Notes under the pieces: model-generated
Database searches by the model: none
Told to the model about the DNA's origin: nothing
The model's input: the letters and a program-made list of their open reading frames with translations, nothing else
Part shown: positions 10,332 to 20,533 of the stretch, one piece after another
Layout: every line of letters starts with the position of its first letter
How positions within the stretch are numbered: position 1 is the stretch's first letter
Made by a program: the position numbers and the translations under genes
NCBI GenBank assembly: GCA_963737265.1
Contig: CAVTRY010000017.1
Span: 1 to 64,000, forward strand
Length of the DNA stretch: 64,000 nucleotides
Direction: 5' to 3'
DNA from: an uncultured delta proteobacterium
GTDB lineage: Bacteria; Myxococcota_A; Polyangia; Fen-1088

Positions 10332-13300
10332 TCACCCGCTCGCCGCGCTTTGTGACGCGGACTCCGGGCTGGGCGATGCAACGGCTGGCTCGAGTGACGC
10401 GGCCGTCTTGGCCTGGCGGTGGTCGCGGGCCAGCAGGATGTAGATCGCCGGAACGAAGAACAGGGTGAAGGCGGTGCCGAGGGCCATGCCCGCGACCAGG
10501 ACCAGGCCGATGCTGTTGCGGGCGGAGGCGCCGGGGCCGCGCACCAGGGTCAGGGGAAAGTGGCCGCAGATGGTGGCCACGCTGGTCATGAGGATGGGGC
10601 GCAGGCGGGTCACGGCAGCTTCCTTGACAGCATCGATCTTGGTGTGACCCTTCTCTTGCAGCGTGTTGGCGAACTGGACGATGAGAATGCCGTTCTTGGA
10701 CACGAGACCCACCAGGGTCACGAGTCCCACCTGCGAATAGACATTGATGGTCGTGGTCCAGCCGTCGGTGAAGTAGCGCATGTTGGGGTTTGGCATCTTG
10801 AGGAAGGCCAGGGCCAGCGCGCCGAACATGCCGAGCGGAACCGACCCGGCCAGGATGACGAAGGGATCGCGGAAGCTGTTGAACTGCGCCGACAGCACCA
10901 GGAAGATCAGGACCACGGCCAGAATGAATGCGGGCAGGAACTTGTTGCCCTCGCTGCGTAGCTGACGCGACTCGCCGGTGTAGTCGATGGAGTAGGCCTT
11001 GGGCAGGATCTTGGCGGCTTCGGTTTCGAGGTACGTGAGCGCGTCGTCGAGCGGACGAATGGCGACGCCACTGAGCTTGACCGCATTGAGCTGCTGGAAG
11101 CGGTTGAGCGAACGGGGCACGACGGCATTGTGGATCTTGGCGATAGCGTCGAGGGCGATGAGCTGACCACCCGGCCCGGTGATGTAGATGTCGTTGAGCT
11201 GGCCCGCGTTCATGCGTTCTGCGCGCAGCAGCTGGGGAATGACCTTGTAGCTGCGCCCGGCGACGCTGAAGCGGTTGACGAAGTTGCCACCCAGGGCCGC
11301 CGCCAGATCTTGCGCGACGGTCTCCAGGTTGAGACCAAGCTCGGCCACCTTGTCGCGATCGATCTCGATCTGCGATTCGGGCTGGTCCACCTTCACGTCG
11401 ATGAGCGGGGGAAAGGCGAACATGCCACTGGTCGCGGCCTTTTGTTGCAGCGTCGTCGCGAAGCCCAAGATCTCCGCACTCTCGGCGGTGGAGGACAGCA
11501 CGATCTCGACGGGGAATTGACCGCCTCCCGGCAGCGCGGGCGGCAGGATGGGGAAGGTCTGAATCCCCGGAATGACCGCAACCCGCTTCTGCACCTCCGG
11601 CACGAGCTGAAAGGCCGAGCGCTTGCGCTCCTCCCAGGGTTTGAGGCCAAGTCCCCAGAAGCCGCCGGTGGGGAAAGTGATCTGAAAGGTGAAGCCCGCC
11701 TCGGGCATCTCCATGACGGTGCGATTCACCTCGCGAGTGGAATAGGTGACCTGGTCGAGGGTGGAATTGGAAGGGGTGTTGACCACGCCGAAGACCACGC
11801 CTTGGTCCTCGGCGGGCGCCAGCTCTTTGGGCGACTGCATGAACATCAGGAAAGCCAGCACGCTGACGACGATCCACGCGGTGTAGATTGCACCGCGGGC
11901 AGCCAGGGCCATGTCGAGGTGGCGCGCGTAGGTGAGCCGGATGTTGTCGAAGGCGCGGTTGACGATGCCCGAAAGGCCGCGGTCTTGGTGTCCGGCTTTC
12001 AGCATGTAGGCCGACATGACCGGCGACAACGTGAGCGCCACCACGCCCGAGATGGTCACGGCGCCCGCCAGGGTGAGCGCGAACTCGCGAAAGAGCGATC
12101 CAGTGAGCCCGCCCTGGAGCGCGATGGGCGTGTACACTGCCGCCAGGGTGATGGTCATGGCGATGATGGGGCCGACCAGCTCGCGCGCGCCCGCCAGTGC
12201 CGCTTCGAGCGACGTCATGCCCTCACGTAGGTGGCGCTCCACGTTCTCGACCACGACGATGGCGTCGTCGACCACCAAGCCGACGGAAAGAACGATGGCC
12301 AGCAGGGTGAGCAGGTTGATGGTGAACCCGAAGAGCTGCATCAGCGCCACCGCGCCGATGAGCGAGACCGGGATGGCCACGACCGGAACCAAGACGGAGC
12401 GCAACGAGCCGAGGAACAAGAAGATGACGAGCACCACGATGAGCAGGGTCTCGGCCAGCGTGTGCTCCACCTCGCGCACGGCATTCTTGATGTAATCCGT
12501 CCCGTCGTAGGCGATGGCCGCGGAGATCTGGTCGGGGATCTCCCGCTGCAAGTTGGTCATCTCGGCTCGCACGCGCCCAATTACGTCCAGCGCGTTCGCG
12601 TTGGGCAGCGCCCACACGCCGATGAACACGGCGGTCTTTCCGGTGAAGTTGACGGCCGTGTCGTAGTCCTCCGCGCCGAGCGCGATGTCGGCCACGTCGC
12701 CCAAACGAACCACGGCGCCGCCCTTTTGCCGCACCACCATTTGCTGAAACTCGCGCACCGTAGTGAGGTCGGTGTTGGCGGTGAGATTCACCTGCACCAG
12801 CGAGCCCTTGGTCTGGCCCACCGCCGCCAGGTAATTGTTCGCGGCCAGTGCCTGGCGGACTTGGCTCGGGCTCAGGCCGAACGCCGCCATCTTGTCCGCC
12901 TTCAGCCAGATGCGCATGGCGAAGGTGCGCGCCCCCAGGATATCCGCGCGCTGGACGCCTTCGATGGCCGAAAGCCGCGGCTGCACCACCCGAACCAAAT
13001 AGTCGGTGATTTCGTTCTGCTTGAGGAACTGCGACGAGAAGCTGAGGTAGGCGGAGGCGAACTGGCTGTCCACGGTCTCGATGTTGATGACCGGCAGCTC
13101 GGCCTCCGGGGGCAGGTCACCTCGTACTTGGTTCACCTTTGAGCTGATCTCGGACAGCGCGCGGTTGGAGTCGTAGTTGAGGCGCAGACGGGCGCGGATG
13201 ATCGAGGTGTTCTGCTGGCTTTGCGATTCGATGTAGTCGATGCCGTCGGCGGCGGCGATCGCTCGCTCGAGCGGCGTGGTGATGAAGCCGCGCACGAGAT

Positions 13301-13475
13301 CGGCGTTGGCGCCGACGTAGACGGTGGTGACCGTTATGGCGGCGTTCTCGTTGCGCGGATACTGCCGTACGTTGAGCGAGCGCGCGGCCTGCAGGCCGGC
13401 GATGAGGATGACCAGGTTGACGACGATCGCCAACACCGGCCGTCGGATGAAGAGATCGGTGATCTTCACGACCAA
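10332..13475 (-). CDS. Efflux RND transporter permease (AcrB/MexI-like)
   Basis: FIRRPVLA, GLVVDDAIVVVENV, GLVSKNGILIV, RLRPILMT. Confidence 0.95.
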   Translation of the reverse strand: MVVKITDLFIRRPVLAIVVNLVILIAGLQAARSLNVRQYPRNENAAITVTTVYVGANADLVRGFITTPLERAIAAADGIDYIESQSQQNTSIIRARLRLNYDSNRALSEISSKVNQVRGDLPPEAELPVINIETVDSQFASAYLSFSSQFLKQNEITDYLVRVVQPRLSAIEGVQRADILGARTFAMRIWLKADKMAAFGLSPSQVRQALAANNYLAAVGQTKGSLVQVNLTANTDLTTVREFQQMVVRQKGGAVVRLGDVADIALGAEDYDTAVNFTGKTAVFIGVWALPNANALDVIGRVRAEMTNLQREIPDQISAAIAYDGTDYIKNAVREVEHTLAETLLIVVLVIFLFLGSLRSVLVPVVAIPVSLIGAVALMQLFGFTINLLTLLAIVLSVGLVVDDAIVVVENVERHLREGMTSLEAALAGARELVGPIIAMTITLAAVYTPIALQGGLTGSLFREFALTLAGAVTISGVVALTLSPVMSAYMLKAGHQDRGLSGIVNRAFDNIRLTYARHLDMALAARGAIYTAWIVVSVLAFLMFMQSPKELAPAEDQGVVFGVVNTPSNSTLDQVTYSTREVNRTVMEMPEAGFTFQITFPTGGFWGLGLKPWEERKRSAFQLVPEVQKRVAVIPGIQTFPILPPALPGGGQFPVEIVLSSTAESAEILGFATTLQQKAATSGMFAFPPLIDVKVDQPESQIEIDRDKVAELGLNLETVAQDLAAALGGNFVNRFSVAGRSYKVIPQLLRAERMNAGQLNDIYITGPGGQLIALDAIAKIHNAVVPRSLNRFQQLNAVKLSGVAIRPLDDALTYLETEAAKILPKAYSIDYTGESRQLRSEGNKFLPAFILAVVLIFLVLSAQFNSFRDPFVILAGSVPLGMFGALALAFLKMPNPNMRYFTDGWTTTINVYSQVGLVTLVGLVSKNGILIVQFANTLQEKGHTKIDAVKEAAVTRLRPILMTSVATICGHFPLTLVRGPGASARNSIGLVLVAGMALGTAFTLFFVPAIYILLARDHRQAKTAASLEPAVASPSPESASQSAASG

Positions 13476-13490
13476 CCCATGTTGCTTGCC

Positions 13491-14630
13491 TCACTTGTCG
13501 GTCGGCTTGGGATCGAGCTCGACCGGCGGGGCGAGGGTATTGTTCACGATGACGGCGACGCCCTTGCGCAGCTTGAAGGCGCCGTTGCTGACCACCGTCT
13601 CGCCTTCCTTGAGCCCCGACACCACGGCGACCAGGTCGCCGCGCCGTTCTCCCAGGCGCACGAAGCGCGGCTGCGCCACAAGCGTGGCGGGGTCATCCTT
13701 TTTTTTGTCTAGAATGAAGACCGAGTCGCCGTAGGGCGCAAAGACCACCGCGGTGGCCGGAATCGTCAGCACGTCGTGCTCGTCCGCGGCGTTGACTTCA
13801 ACATTCACGAACAGCCCGGGGCGCAGAATGCCTTCCTTGTTGGGGAAAGTGGCACGCACGCGGACGTTGCGCGTGGCCGGGTCGACCTCGGAATTCACAG
13901 TGCTGATGGCTCCGCGCCAGGTCTTGCCGGGGAAAGAATCGACCCGCATGGTGGCGATCTGGCCGATCCGCAGATCGGCAAGCGCCTGTTGCGGCAGCGA
14001 GAACTCGGCGTAGATGGGATCGACAGACTGAAGCGTGGCGACCGGCGTTCCCGGCGACACCACCTGGCCGCGCTCGACCTGCTTCATCGCCACGCGACCA
14101 TCGAAAGGCGCGCGAATGGTTTTCTTCACGATGGTCGCCTGGATGTTCGCGGCGATGGCCTCGGTCTGCTTGGCGCGCGCTTCGGCGGCGTCGAGATCGG
14201 CGGGCGTGTTGGCCCCGCCTTTGCGCATCGCCCGCGCTCGTTCGAGCGTGACCTTGGCCAGCGCCGCATCGGCCTTGGCCGACGCGAGCTGGGCTTCTTC
14301 GTTGGTGGTGTCGAGCTTGACCAGCACCGCGCCTCGCTTCACCGTCTTGCCCGAATCGAAGTCCACCTCGCGAATGAGCCCCGGCAACTCGGCTCCCAGC
14401 GTGACATCGTGGATGGCGACCAGTGAGCCGATGGCGAAGCGCCTCGTCTGCCACGTGGCCGCCGCCACCTTGACCGATGTGACCGATTCGGGCGGCGGAA
14501 CGAACGCGTGTCCCGCGTCGATCATGGCGCGAATCTGTCCCACCTTGATTCCGACAAGCGCGACGACGACCACAATCAGGCCGACGATCGCAGCAATCCA
14601 AACTTTTCCTTTGGCCTTCATGAAAGACAT
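13491..14630 (-). CDS. Efflux RND periplasmic adaptor (MFP)
   Basis: IRAPFDG, VDPATRNVRVRA, LRPGLFV, SGLKEGETVV; directly upstream of the permease. Confidence 0.93.
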   Translation of the reverse strand: MSFMKAKGKVWIAAIVGLIVVVVALVGIKVGQIRAMIDAGHAFVPPPESVTSVKVAAATWQTRRFAIGSLVAIHDVTLGAELPGLIREVDFDSGKTVKRGAVLVKLDTTNEEAQLASAKADAALAKVTLERARAMRKGGANTPADLDAAEARAKQTEAIAANIQATIVKKTIRAPFDGRVAMKQVERGQVVSPGTPVATLQSVDPIYAEFSLPQQALADLRIGQIATMRVDSFPGKTWRGAISTVNSEVDPATRNVRVRATFPNKEGILRPGLFVNVEVNAADEHDVLTIPATAVVFAPYGDSVFILDKKKDDPATLVAQPRFVRLGERRGDLVAVVSGLKEGETVVSNGAFKLRKGVAVIVNNTLAPPVELDPKPTDK

Positions 14631-14896
14631 CCTTGGTTAGCACCCACATCCGGGCTTCTTCAGGTCTAGCCGAGAATTTGCAAAATCCACGGCCCAGAGC
14701 GCCAGCGGATAGCAAAAAGCGCTTAACAGATTGGTTACAAAACGGCGGGCCGCGGACTGGACGGGCTCATCCACGTCTTCGGGCCGAACCTGCGGAGAGC
14801 CGAGCGAGAGTTTTACTTGTCTTTAGGAAACCCGAGCCGCAGCGGCGCCATCCAATAGAGACGTGCGAATCATCGCACATGGACCGGCTGCACTGA

Positions 14897-15020
14897 AGCA
14901 GCCGAGCCAAGGGCTCGGCCGCAGGTGGGGTGAAGTCCGCGAATTTACTTTGCGGACGAGGGGAGGGCAGCGGCCCTCCCTTCAAAAATCTTCAAGACGG
15001 GTCCATTTATGGACACGTCT
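14897..15020. mobile_element. Truncated copy of a hairpin-rich MITE-like element (left ~29 bp missing)
   Basis: Matches 32621-32744 except for one base; flanked by TGA on both sides. Confidence 0.75.
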
Positions 15021-15029
15021 TGAGAGCCC

Positions 15030-15299
15030 ATGTGTAGAAACATCAGAACGCTGTTCAATTTCGATCCGCCGGTCACGCCCGAGGAGGTGCAGGCGGCTTC
15101 GCTGCAATTCGTGCGCAAGATCTGCGGCTTCACCCAGCCGTCGAAGGCCAACGAAGCCGCATTTCTGGCGGGGGTCGACGAAATCACCGGCATCGCCAGT
15201 CGGCTTCTCCGCTCGTTGGAAACGAGCGCGCCGCCTAAGAATCGCGAGGAGGAGGCTGCCAAGGCGAAGGCACGCGCAGCCGAGAGATACGGCAGCTGA
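15030..15299 (+). CDS. DUF2277 family protein
   Basis: MCRNIRTLFNFDPPVTPEEVQAASLQFVRK signature. Confidence 0.85.
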   Translation: MCRNIRTLFNFDPPVTPEEVQAASLQFVRKICGFTQPSKANEAAFLAGVDEITGIASRLLRSLETSAPPKNREEEAAKAKARAAERYGS

Positions 15300-15369
15300 A
15301 GAACTGTCCAAAAATTGATGAGCGCTTCGTCCGAGACGACGCGTCGTACATCGTGTAGATTTTGCCGAC

Positions 15370-17551
15370 ATGGCAACCGAGAAAAGGTCCCGCTACCGGT
15401 GGAGCTTCTATCGCGCGGGTGAAGTCGACCAGGTCGTGCTCGCCACCGGCGACGACTTGGCCAATCTGGAGCAATTGGATCAAAAGCTATGGCTGGCGCT
15501 GGCCTGTCCCACGCGCGGGCTGGAGTTTCCCTCGCGCACGCTGGATTTCCTCGACACCGACAAGGACCGTCGCATCCGCGTTCCCGAGATTCTCCAGGCG
15601 CTTCGCTTCGTGCGGGAAGTCTTCCGCGATTTGAACGACCTCTTCAAGGGCGACGGAACGCTGCCCATCGACGCCATCAGCGAGGCCACCCAGGCCGGCA
15701 AGGATCTGCGCGCCGGGGCCAAGCGCATCCTGGAAAACCTGGGCAAGGCCGACGCCAAGGCCATCTCTCTCGACGATGTGGCCGACACCGCGAAAATCTT
15801 CGCCGCCACCCGCTTCAACGGGGACGGCATCGTTCCCTCCAACGCGGCCGACGACGAAGCCACGCGACAGGCCATCGACGACATCGTGAGCACGCATGGA
15901 TCGTTGCTCGACCGAAGCGGCAAGCCGGGGGTTCACCAGTCCTTGGTAGACCGGTTTTTCGACGATGCGAAAACGTACGTCGAGTGGCTGGCGAAGGGCG
16001 AGGGGAGCGCTTCGCCCCGAACGCTGGGCGCCGCTACGGACGCGGCCGAGCTCGCCGTACGCGCGGTCAGAGCCAAGCTGGACGACTACTTCGTGCGCTG
16101 CCGGATGGCGGCGTTCGACGAGCGCGCGGCGGTATTGCTGAACGCTCCCGCGGACGACTTGGCCATGCTGAGCCCCAAGGATCTGAGCGCGGACGCGTGC
16201 GAGATCGCCAAGCTGCCGCTGGCACGTGTGGAAGCGGGGAAACCGCTGTCGCTAACCTCGGGGGTGAATCCCGCGTGGGAAGCGGCGCTCGCCACCTTCG
16301 TGACGGACGCGGTGACGCCGATCCTGGGGCCAGCAAAAGCCACGCTCAGCGAGGCGGATTGGACCGCGATCAAGTCGAAGCTGGCGCCGTTCGTCGCCTG
16401 GCTCGATGCCAAGCCGGCGACGAGGCTCGAAGCGCTGGGGCCGGCGCGCGTGCGCGAGCTTCTGGCTGGCACCGCGCGCCAGTCCATTTCCGATTCTGAT
16501 TGCCAGGGACGCCGCCCTGGCCACCGAGAGCAATCAGATCGAGATCGTGGAAAAGGCCATTCTGTATCGTCGCGACCTGGTTCTGCTGCTCAAGAACTTC
16601 GTGAGCTTCGCCGCGTTCTACGGCGAGGGGAAGGCGATCTTCCAGACCGGGACGCTGTATCTCGATGGCCGCAGTTGCGAGCTGTGCTTGCCGGTCGAGG
16701 ACGCCACCAAGCACGCCGCCCTGGCGGGGTTGGCCAAGGCCTATCTCGTCTATTGCGATTGCACCCGGCTCGACGGCGCAAAACGCGGCATCGTGGCGGC
16801 GTTCACCGGCGGCGACACCGACAATCTGCTGGTTGGGCGCAACGGCATCTTCTACGACCGGCAGGGCAACGACTGGGACGCGACCATCACCAAGATCGTC
16901 GAGAATCCCATCAGCATCCGTCAGGCCTTCTGGTCGCCCTACAAGAGCTTCGTGCGCATGATCGAAGCCCAGGTGGCCAAGCGGGCCGCGGCCGCCGACC
17001 AGGAAACGCGCGGCAAGTTGGAATCCACGGCGCTCGTCGTCGCCCAGGCGGACAAGAGCAAGGACGACGCGGCGGTGAAAAAGGCCGAAGCCAAGAAGAT
17101 CGACGTGGGCACGGTGGCAGCGATCGGCGTGGCCGTGGGTGGGATCGCCACCTTCCTGTCGAGCGTCTTGGCTACCTTCTTCGGGCTCGGCATGTGGATG
17201 CCTCTTGGAATCCTGGCCCTGATTCTGGCCATTTCCGGTCCATCCATGCTCATTGCCTGGCTGAAGTTACGCCAGCGCAATGTCGGCCCCATTCTCGACG
17301 CCAACGGCTGGGCGGTGAATGCGCTAGCCAAGATCAACGTGCCCTTTGGTGGCGCGCTAACCAAGGTGGCTGCGTTGCCGTTCGGGTCACGCCGCCAACT
17401 GCACGACCCCTTTGCGCGGAAACGCCGGCCGTATTGGCTCTATCTGCTCTTTGTCTTGGTGTTGGCGTCGGGCATGCTTTGGTGGCTGGGCAAGCTGGAT
17501 CGGCACCTGCCGTCTTGGGCCCGCATGGATACCGTTTTGAAACGGAACTGA
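15370..17551 (+). CDS. Conserved hypothetical membrane-anchored protein with EF-hand-like motif; one frameshift at ~16495
   Basis: LDQKLWLALACPTRGLEF..LDTDKDRRIR in ORF 15370 continues as LIARDAALA...RNGIFYDRQGNDWDA...GPILDANGWAVN in ORF 16406. Confidence 0.7.
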
Positions 17552-17564
17552 CGGCAGAGGGGCT

Positions 17565-18023
17565 CTACTCTCCAACCAGCGCACCATCGCGCGCCTGCAG
17601 GACAAAGGTCACAGGGCCGTCGTTGACCAACTCGACTCTCATGTCGGCGGCGAAGCGGCCGGTGGCGACAGCGATGCCCTCGGCGCGAATGCGCTCGGCC
17701 AACCGTTGGTAGAGCGCGCTGGCTAACGCCGGATCCTCGGCGCGATCGAAACTGGGCCGATTGCCCTTGCGGGTCGATCCCGCTAGGGTGAATTGGCTGA
17801 TGACCAGGCAGGCGCCGCCCACGTCCCTGACCGACAGGTCCATCGGCGTCAGGCCGGGGAATATGCGCAGGGCGCACAGCTTGCGCGCGAGCACATCGGC
17901 GTCGGCTGTGCCATCCCCGCGCTCGACGCCGACGAGGAGCGCCAGCCCGAGGTCGATTTTGCCGACGACTTCGCCGTCGACGCAAACCACGGCGCGCGAC
18001 ACGCGCTGAACGACGACGATCAT
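17565..18023 (-). CDS. dtd: D-aminoacyl-tRNA deacylase
   Basis: VVQRVSRA, ISQFTL, KGNRPSF, GRFAADMRVELVNDGPVT. Confidence 0.95.
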   Translation of the reverse strand: MIVVVQRVSRAVVCVDGEVVGKIDLGLALLVGVERGDGTADADVLARKLCALRIFPGLTPMDLSVRDVGGACLVISQFTLAGSTRKGNRPSFDRAEDPALASALYQRLAERIRAEGIAVATGRFAADMRVELVNDGPVTFVLQARDGALVGE

Positions 18024-18025
18024 CG

Positions 18026-18099
18026 TGACCCCGGCCTGATTCGAACAGGCGACCTACGGTTTAGGAAACCGTCGCTCTATCCACCTGAGCTACGGGGCC
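18026..18099 (-). tRNA. tRNA-Arg (anticodon CCT), CCA not encoded
   Basis: Minus strand GGCCCCG-TA-GCTC-AGGTGGATA-GAGC-G-ACGGT-TTCCTAA-ACCGT-AGGTC-GCCTG-TTCGAAT-CAGGC-CGGGGTC-A folds as a full cloverleaf. Confidence 0.95.
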
Positions 18100-18209
18100 A
18101 ATCGGTTTAGTTTCGAACAGTTTAAGGCTATTTTAGAAGTTGAGGATTCGGGGGCTGTGACCACAACGTAACCATGCGTACCGGATTCTAGCTTTTCTGT
18201 CGCCATCGA

Positions 18210-18400
18210 AACAACTTTGGCCGTCGGGGTGGAAAGATCCACATGGCGACTTCGTTTCGACAGCTTTTCTATGGTTCCACCGCTAAGGATGAACTGGGAA
18301 GCGAATGTATGCCGCGTCGCCTGGTACCACGTCAAGCACGGCAGTTGGAAGTTTCAAGGGCATCGTGTCGCTCAAGAGGCACCTCGGGTCGCATAAGCTC
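18210..18400 (-). pseudogene. Remnant of a tyrosine recombinase (integrase) catalytic C-terminus
   Basis: LPCLTWYQATRHTFASQFILSGGTIEKLSK..H resembles box II (RHTFAS...LGH); frame broken upstream, catalytic Tyr not seen, lower GC. Confidence 0.65.
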
Positions 18401-18407
18401 TATCTAG

Positions 18408-19184
18408 CTAGAAGGGACGATCCACGCTCCGAGCTCGGCTGAAATTCCTCCAGCCGCAAGCGGCATAGGTCGCGCGCACCTGGGTTGCCAGTTCTTGCGT
18501 CGTCAGCGCAGCGGCGTCGGCGGCGGGAATTTCGCCTAGGCGATGAACTGTGATGGGCTGGGCGGCGGCGATGTCGAAGGTCAAGCGGCCGGGAGCAAAG
18601 ACGCGGTCGGTGCCGGCGAGGCAGAGCACGACGATGGGGGCGGCGAGCTCGCGGGCGAGATAGAAGGCACCCTTCTTGAACGGGGCGAGTCGGCCGTCGC
18701 GGCTGCGGGTGCCTTCGGGGAAGACGAGCAGATTGCCGCCCGACCGGAGGTGGTGCGCGACTCTGTCGATCCACGCGCGGCCTTCGCTAAAGAGGTCAGG
18801 GCCGAGGAAGCCGGCGCCGCGGAGGAGCCAGCCGAAGACGGGAACGCGAAAGAAATCTGGGCGCACGATGGTGATGGTTCCGGGCAGCAGGGACAGCAGC
18901 AAGAGCGGATCGAGAAAGGATACGTGGTTGCACACCACCACGCTGCCACGCGTGTGGCGCAGGCGCGGGCGCTCGGGCACATCCAGATGCGCGCGAGGCA
19001 GGGCCATTAGGGTTACGGCGATGAAGCCGCGTGCGTAGCTGCGCAGGGCCCAGGAAATGCCCCGCCGGCCGCGTACAATGCCGGCGACGACGAACACCAG
19101 CCAGTAGCCGGCGACAAAGGCGCCAAGAAAGTAGCCCCATAGCGCGGCGGTCACGGCGATGGAGGCAAGACGGCCAGCCTTCAT
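18408..19184 (-). CDS. PlsC-like lysophospholipid acyltransferase
   Basis: CNHVSFLD (HX4D), VFPEGTRS, FKKGAF. Confidence 0.92.
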   Translation of the reverse strand: MKAGRLASIAVTAALWGYFLGAFVAGYWLVFVVAGIVRGRRGISWALRSYARGFIAVTLMALPRAHLDVPERPRLRHTRGSVVVCNHVSFLDPLLLLSLLPGTITIVRPDFFRVPVFGWLLRGAGFLGPDLFSEGRAWIDRVAHHLRSGGNLLVFPEGTRSRDGRLAPFKKGAFYLARELAAPIVVLCLAGTDRVFAPGRLTFDIAAAQPITVHRLGEIPAADAAALTTQELATQVRATYAACGWRNFSRARSVDRPF

Positions 19185-19978
19185 GCCGGTGGCTCCGAGC
19201 TAAGTGCCTCTGAAACCGAAACGCAGCGCAGGCCGCGGCGGGCCGCTTCCTGAAGAATCTCCGGCAGCGCCGCGACGCCGGCGGGTTCGTGCTCGCCGCG
19301 CTCGGCGGCGTCGTGCAATAGGATGATGGCGCCGGAGCGCAGGCCGCTGGCGATTCGGCGGATGGTCGTGGCGACAGTCGTGCGCGCAAGACCGTCACGG
19401 CCGCGAGCGCTCCAGCCCACGAGGGTCAATCCCAGCCGGTGCGCGGCCAGGGCGGTGCGCGGGCTTATGTGTCCGAGGGGCGGACGAAACAGTCGTGGTC
19501 GCAGCCCGGTGGCCGATTCAACCGCGCCCAAGGCGCGTTCGAGGTCGGCAACGATGCGGTCGGGGTGGCGAAGCGACAGCAGCCTGTCGTGATGATCGCC
19601 GTGGATGCCAAGCTCGTGGCCGGCGGCGGCGATTTCGCGCAACACTTCGGGCGTCGCGCGCGCCTTGGCGCCGAGCACGAAGAAGGTCGCGTGGGCGTTG
19701 CCGCGGGCGAGGCTGGCCAGAACCTTGCGGGTCGATATCGCGCTGGGGCCATCGTCGAATGTGAGGGCGACTTCCGCTCGGTTGCCCGAGACGCGGGAGA
19801 CAACCCGGGCGAACATGGCGAGCTGAGGGTTCATTACGCCGGCCAAGATCACGGCGAGATAGCCAACCAGAACGAGCGCCGCCGGCCAGACTGACGGCGG
19901 CGCGACAAACGCCCACGTCGATACCACGGCCGCGACGACCGCGGCTGAGCCAATCAAGACGTAGCGTCCCGTGGACAT
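19181..19978 (-). CDS. Polysaccharide deacetylase (NodB/CE4) with N-terminal TM segments
   Basis: ALTFDDGP, HATFFVLG, GHELGIHGDHH, FRPPLG, GAIILLHD. Confidence 0.92.
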   Translation of the reverse strand: MSTGRYVLIGSAAVVAAVVSTWAFVAPPSVWPAALVLVGYLAVILAGVMNPQLAMFARVVSRVSGNRAEVALTFDDGPSAISTRKVLASLARGNAHATFFVLGAKARATPEVLREIAAAGHELGIHGDHHDRLLSLRHPDRIVADLERALGAVESATGLRPRLFRPPLGHISPRTALAAHRLGLTLVGWSARGRDGLARTTVATTIRRIASGLRSGAIILLHDAAERGEHEPAGVAALPEILQEAARRGLRCVSVSEALSSEPPA

Positions 19979-20122
19979 GTCTAGCCCAGCATTCTATTTG
20001 AAAAGGGCGGGCTTGGCGGCGGACAGCCGACCTCGCCCGCATGGCGATGCCGAATTCCACGCGACCAGCCTGCCTGTCGCGAGCCTCCCGCCGGAGGCAA
20101 CGAGATGGGCCGGCCGAAGTGG

Positions 20123-20533
20123 CTATGGTGAGGCCGTTGGCACAGCTGCGGGCTGGGGTAACGGCGTCGCGCCTGGCGACCCGTCCGGAGCGCCGTAATT
20201 CGCTGGCGCGGTCGGCTGCGCTGGTCCGGGCCAGGCCTGTCCAGCAGGAGCGCCCCACGTCGGTGCGTACACCGGAGTCGGCGCACCGAGGGGGCGCCAG
20301 TTTCCGGAGTCGACGGAATATCGAACGGTGAGCCCGCAGCCTGTCGCAGTCGCCATGTGGCACTTGCCGTCGACACATCGGGTTACCACTTGATCCTCTG
20401 GGCAACGGAGAAGCCTCTCGGCGAGCGGCGCTACTTCGGTGCGAAGGTAAACCTCATTGCTCGCACACGCGCACAACCCGACTCCCCAAAAGGCATTGAC
20501 GGCAACAAACACCAGCCGCATGCGAGTCTTCAT
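20123..20533 (-). CDS. Hypothetical lipoprotein with Pro-rich tail
   Basis: Signal peptide with LCAC lipobox; ATGA overlap with the upstream gene. Confidence 0.55.
   Translation of the reverse strand: MKTRMRLVFVAVNAFWGVGLCACASNEVYLRTEVAPLAERLLRCPEDQVVTRCVDGKCHMATATGCGLTVRYSVDSGNWRPLGAPTPVYAPTWGAPAGQAWPGPAQPTAPANYGAPDGSPGATPLPQPAAVPTASP

Noticed and set aside
9970-11877. Long alternative-frame ORFs (also 49066-50877, 53786-55468 and the 5' part of 24191-25729)
   Set aside because: Shadow ORFs of high-GC genes; Arg/Pro-rich with no motifs
14822-14832. TTTAGGAAACC matching the tRNA-Arg anticodon arm, as a possible att site
   Set aside because: Only 11 bp, flanks do not match, and chance is plausible
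14897-15317. Integron attC cassette or CRISPR interpretation of the hairpin repeat
   Set aside because: No RYYYAAC/GTTRRRY boxes, no intI or cas gene and no repeat-spacer array; TIR plus TSD fit a MITE
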